Source: Penicillus capitatus
Taxonomy: Eukaryota; Plantae; Chlorophyta
Direction of reading: 5' to 3'
NCBI GenBank assembly: GCA_965649825.1
Contig: OZ287704.1
Span: 1,016,935-1,080,934 of the forward strand
DNA length: 64,000 nt
The notes under the pieces are model-generated. The model was not told the origin of the DNA, searched no databases, and was given only the letters and a program-made list of their open reading frames with translations. A program made the translations under genes and the position numbers. Numbering within the stretch: the stretch's first letter is position 1; every line of letters starts with the position of its first letter. Positions 58,551-64,000 of this stretch are shown here, piece after piece.

Positions 58551-60380
58551 TTTGGTGGAAGCCTACTCTTGTTTCAGTCCCCGTCAGATTTGTGCGATTT
58601 TTGCGACATATCGAAGCGTGCTTTGGGAGATGCATCAGTGAGTATGAGATTTTGTTGGCATCTTTAGGTCAAGCAAGGAAAGGTAGTGTGTTGCGACGTT
58701 GATGACTCGAATGTATTTCAAAGCACTTCCGAAGCTCTTTTTTCTGATTTTGGTTGCATTGCATGAGTGGCGGGCATCTGTCATACGAAGGGGGAGATGA
58801 AGATTTCTCTGTCTGTCCACTTTTTATTCTCGGGGGTCAGCGCCCAATCTTTGTGCATGGATTCTTAGATCTGTCCCATCTAATAACAACAGTGATTGGC
58901 GTATCTATCTCCAGAAGCACGATTTTTCGATACTTCAGAATTCTGAGCTCAGGAATATCGCTTCGTAGAATCATTACGTCATTGGAAGACATTGAAAGAT
59001 GTGTGAACAAAGTCATTGAGCAAGACAGTCCGTCGGATATTACGAAAATGTTGATTCTCATTAAATTACCGATTCTTGTGCACTCCATTTTTTCTGTTCC
59101 GAGCATTCGGTCTGTGGTGTCCTGCACAGAAGCTCTGGACATGTTCTTCTTTCCTTTGATCTGAGGCTGTTTCATTAACCGTCGTTGGTTGGGTTGAGAA
59201 AAGGTGCTGCTGTCCAATGTGCCTGCCGATTGGCGACAACACAAATTTTCTCTGCTAACGAGAGACAACTGTAAGATGGACACGTAACACACAGCTTCAC
59301 AGGACAGACAAGTCCATGATATGATACACCCTTGCGACGTGAAAGACAACGAACGGAATACGAAACGTCACATCTTTATCGCGACGGCGTCCTCTGTCGA
59401 ACGCTCAATGAGGCCAACAAAGACGACGCGTGCGCATGCGTTCTGTTCATCGTGGTCGGTGGAGTGGTCAAGCGAGAGGGAGGGGACAGGGGAAGGTTAG
59501 CGAGTGCTCATAGCGATGGCATGCAATGTCTGTCCGCATGATGTCGTCTCGTGCATCTGCGCATTTCCCGTTGGCATGCGTCGCGCACAAGAGATCGGCC
59601 GTGCGGTAAACTTCAAACAGTTTCTGAATCCGACTGTTTCAGCAACGGACGACGCGACAGGAGTGTGGAGGTCCTGAACTGTCGGCGGTGTCACCCCAAG
59701 GTCCAACGACACAAGCAGAATCGTATCGTGCGACAATATCTTCCTATCGCATCCGTTTAAGAGCTCTTCCTCTATGACGTTTCGTTAAAGAACGGTCGTT
59801 GTTTTAGAAACGACTGGATGAGGCAGAGAAGCCTGTTGATGGATCTGAAGATGAAGTGACAGAGGAAGGAGTGCCGGATGAGCCAGAGGAGAGCTTAGGA
59901 CTCCGGTACTCGAAGTCCTGCCTCCATTTCGCAAATTATCTTTCCATCCCAGAGTCGTATTAACTGCGCTGTACTTCTATCGATCCTTGATTTCTCCCCT
60001 TCTTCCAAAATCCTGTCGCTTCGTACCCACATGCTCGGAATACTCCATCGAAGCCTTCAAGAAATATGGTCTGTGTCATAAAAGTACCTGGTGGACATGA
60101 TATTGACGGCTCCGTCGTGTTTTAGGTGTCTGGAAAGGCAGCATCTTGACAGCATGGAGATTGGCACGGTGCAATCCATTCGGTCTCTCTCAAAAAGATC
60201 AAAGAGCATCGTACTGACTTCGATCGATGCAGGTGGAACAGGATACGATCCGCCGAGGTGGCCTCCCGTTGGTATGGAAGGGCTATTCTGATGTGTGAGT
60301 TTTACAATAGTAACGTTGAATTTGAAGACCACTATGCCCAGCCATCTCGTCATTTTATTTCTTTGCGTCTATTAATATCT

Positions 60381-63300
60381 ATGGATGTAACCTGCCCCCA
60401 CTGTCGTGTAAGAGAGAGAGATTCCTGTGGCGTGACGTTTTGTGGTCCATTGTCGTACTGTCGGAGAAATTGAACATATAAACGGCGATATGGAGCCCAG
60501 TTTCCAGCACTTTGCTCAGCAGATCCTTAACTGCCACGTTGCCTCTACTGTAGAACAGAAGGTCGACGGGCGTTTTGCTTTTGCTCTCCTCCACGCGCTT
60601 GTGCCTCCCACAGTTGGCGTTTCTCAAGTCGGCGCGAGAGTACGTCACTGTCTACGCGCCGCCAATAGACGCCCTGTGTCTCAACACGGTCTTCAACCTC
60701 CAAGTCCTGCACATACTCTGGGATTCTGACACGACACAGAAATCATCGACGCTTTAGGTCTTCGGACACTTTGTCCTCTTTCAGGAGCTGCTGCAATTGA
60801 TCGAGACGATTTTGGGGTCATTGCCTCGCGTTGAGTTAATTCTGCCAGTCTTTGATTTTATCGAACGGGTTGGACACGGATGCCGAGATGAATGGATCAG
60901 CACAGTGCTCCGCATGTGTGGCCGTCTCTTCGCCAACATCTTGCCACACACACTGAACGTTCTCTCCAAACTATTGCGACAACGACCCGGACATTTTCGT
61001 TCCAGGGGAGAATGACGACATTGGCTGCCACTTGGAGACTGTGCTGGCAGAAGATGTCGTGTCTGGGACAGAGTCTGGGCGTCAAGGCGCTGAGCTCCAC
61101 TTGTGAAGATCTGCAGCTCGCCGGCATCGATTTTGTGGAGACGCTCATCTTGCTGTACACGGAACGCGCCACGCTCTCTGCAGCAGGCCGTCCTCTCGTC
61201 CGCTCTACGAAACGCCTGAATTGTGATCTGCTAATAGGGAGTGGATGTGGGGCACCCACAGCTGATATGCTTCTCTTTAACTGTCGCTATTTGATCGATC
61301 AGCTGACAGAACAGTTGGCGACAGAAGGACCTTCTGGAAAGGGTCCTCTCTCACTCGTGCGATCACTTGCGAGGATCGTCTCGCGCAGGGAGAAATATTT
61401 TGACTCTCTTGTTCCGCATCTGCTGAAGCACACATCGTCAGGAAAGTATCGATTGGGACGCGGAATACCGACGGCCTCCAGCTCAGAGCTCTCATTCGAG
61501 ATGCAGCTCGCGACAGCATTGAAACAAGCGCTGCTCTCTCTGATGCAATGCAACATCTCGAACAGACAGAAATCGATGCTCCTGCTGGGACTGAGTCAGC
61601 TCGGATCGACAGAAGACACCATCGGACTGCACAGGAATCTCACCTCTGAATCGCTCTCCTTCAATGCATCCTGGTATACTGCCGCGATGTTTGCCACTTG
61701 CTGTCTGCAATCCAATGGCTGTCATGTCAGGAATTATCGATCAGACGGACCTGCCGAGACGCCGCAGGCAAAGAGAGTGCGGTTTGATCCAGGATCTTCA
61801 CCAGAGTTGGATGAGCCGTCAGAACCGTCGACCAATAAAGACTTCGCCAAGATATTGATCGATCAGGCAAAGAGCCTATTCCTTGGAAAGCTGAGTGTCG
61901 AAGAGCTCGAGATCGTTCTTGCCATCCTCCACCGAAATGGCCATGGGGACTGTATCAAGCTCATCACTGAGCAATTGGACCCAGCCTTGGTCATGGATAT
62001 CGTCATTCGTGGATTTACACATTCCACGGTGCTCACCTAGTCGTCCACACGGTTCGTGGCATATGGTTTGGTATCTTTAGTTGTTAGAATCTACTGATCG
62101 AAAGACTGCTTCGGAGAAATCTGGCACCGATAAGACCCAAGCTCTTTATCAAGATCTGAAGGTGTTTGATGTGCAACCAGACGACACCTTAGGACGATTC
62201 AATCCGTCGACAGAGTCTTTGACAAAGCCTCTCTTCTATGAAATGACGTGACGTTTCTGTAGAAAAGCGACGAGGACGTTTGCCATGAGCATGGGAGAAC
62301 GTCAGGTGCTGATCGAACATAGCAGCAGCCAACTGCTCAAAAACATTCCTGCCGCTGTTGCACATTCGCTGCCCTTTGGAATGCAGTTCCTTTCCAAACT
62401 GGCCAGCAGAAGCAGCGTATCCAATATCCCACTACACATGTTGACAGATTTCATTACCAACAGTGTCCAGTCCAAGTACCACACCACGTTGCCCTCGTGC
62501 ATCGCGAGTAAATGCATCGGTGTCTGACGCAGACCAGATACGGTGTGCGATTTGAGTCTTCAGTTTCTTTTCGATCTCTTTACTGTCCACGGCAGTTCGG
62601 TGCCAGAGGTGTCCGACATCGACGCCTTTACCAGGTCGATGGAGTCCTTTCATCCTTCACAGCTGCAGCATCCCTACGATGAAGCACTCTACGAGATCCT
62701 GGACCGAATCCGCTCCTCGGAGATTGAGGGCAGAGACAAACTCCTGAAGAGTCTGCTGTTGGATGTCCCAGCCTTGCCGCCCAACATCGTATTCGATTTC
62801 TTTCAGAGCGTCTTGACGGATACGCCGTCCACTGCCATGTCTTTCCTCATCACAGCAAACACGCTGATGGAATCGCGACCCGCACTGAAGCCGGTCTTGC
62901 TCGAGACCGTTCTGGAGACATGCGTGAGTGATGACAGCGACATTCGAGACAAAGGCATTCGACTGGTGAAGAACAAACTTCACCAGGATGAAGAACTGTC
63001 CGACAGAATTGAACGTTTCGCCTTTGACAGTCTCCAAACACTAGTGCATCTGCAATCTCCACTACAAGACGAAAATGCAACGCTGGCTGGAAAGTACTGC
63101 CATCTGTTTTTGGCGCTGTGTACTCGAAAAGCCGTCCTTCTGCATAAACTTATGGAAGTCTTTGCCGAAGCGAGTAACGAAGGGAAGAGTGTGCTGTTAG
63201 AGAATGCCAAGCAGCTTTCAGAGGCAGCCGTCTTTCTTCTCCCCGAGCTGCTGATGTTGATCAAAGAAGTGCGCAAAGGAGCTGAGCCTCTGCTGTTGCT

Positions 63301-64000
63301 GCTCTTATCGATTTTTCCAGACAAAACACCGCCACAGAGAGTGATCGATGCCTGTCTGGAGCACTATCAAGAATCGAAGGATGTTCACTATCTGGTGCCC
63401 ATTCTGCCGGGTCTTCCGAGAAAGCGTGTCATGGAATTGGTTCCGCTACTGACCCAGCTGTCCCTCACGGAATTTGCAGCCGCCATTACAGACTTGGTCG
63501 GTCACTTGCCTTTTGGAGATGCAACAGTGGAACCCAGTGAAGTTCTCGTCGCGCTGAGTACGTTCTCGGACGCCCAGGGCAATACAGAAACCCTGAATGC
63601 CGTGAGGACAGCCCTGGACCACTGCATCAAGCAGATGGCGAATGTGTTCGATAAGGAGGTCTTGGCAGGGGCACTGAACAAGCTGGTGCACGTACACACG
63701 CTGCCCGTGCTATTCATGAGAATGGTCCTGTTGGCAGTGAACCGAGAAAAGGAGCTTGGATCCTTTGTGCTGCATTCGGTGTTGTCTGCCTCTGTGGTTT
63801 CCTCAAAAATCCGTTCGGATCCTGCACAATGGCAGGGTTACGTGTTACTGCTTCAGAAGATGGCTCCCGCTTCTTTTAGACATCTCTTGACATTGCCAAC
63901 GCGGCTCATGACGGCAGCACTGCATGACATGCCGAAAAGTTTCTCGGAACGTTTTCTGGAATTCGCAGAGAGTGAAGACTGTGATGTCCGAGCATCAAGG
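60381..64000 (+). CDS. SYMPK: Symplekin (polyadenylation scaffold), runs off the window end
   Basis: N-terminal region (..GIDFVETLILLYT) and Symplekin_C-like PSEVLVAL...VFDKEVLAGALNKLV..TLPVLFMRMV...WQGY...SFRHLLTLP; no stop before 64000. Confidence 0.82.

Noticed and set aside
58600-60350. Candidate genes between the tail-anchored protein and symplekin
   Set aside because: Several 60-170-aa ORFs and possible introns, but no coherent or recognisable model.

Overview
Gene-dense eukaryotic nuclear DNA, most likely a chlorophyte green alga. That is an inference from plant/algal-type proteins (MEX1, SAC9, SBT6.1, mTERF, RimM, an At1g50020-like protein), very short introns (mostly 44-70 nt), TGTAA poly(A)-type signals after many stops, and the standard genetic code. 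About 25 spliced genes flank a disordered block of about 12 kb (about 14.8-27.1 kb). The main observation is that the plastid maltose-exporter gene MEX1 is split into two same-strand halves in reversed order. On the minus strand the C-terminal half (27102-26545) lies about 11 kb upstream of the N-terminal half (15805-14861), the two halves mark the ends of the block, and both carry splice or frame lesions. Inside the block are a GC-rich Pro-rich repeat gene, a perfect 30-bp minisatellite, a probable decayed LINE reverse transcriptase, and two T-rich intron-like modules with conserved terminal hairpins. Other signals: at least five GC-AG introns with weak donor context, a recurrent TGTCACATC motif, a GC-rich island inside SBT6.1, and very tight gene junctions (candidate bicistronic or overlapping transcripts). 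All gene models were built by hand; family assignments come from recalled motifs, not database searches.
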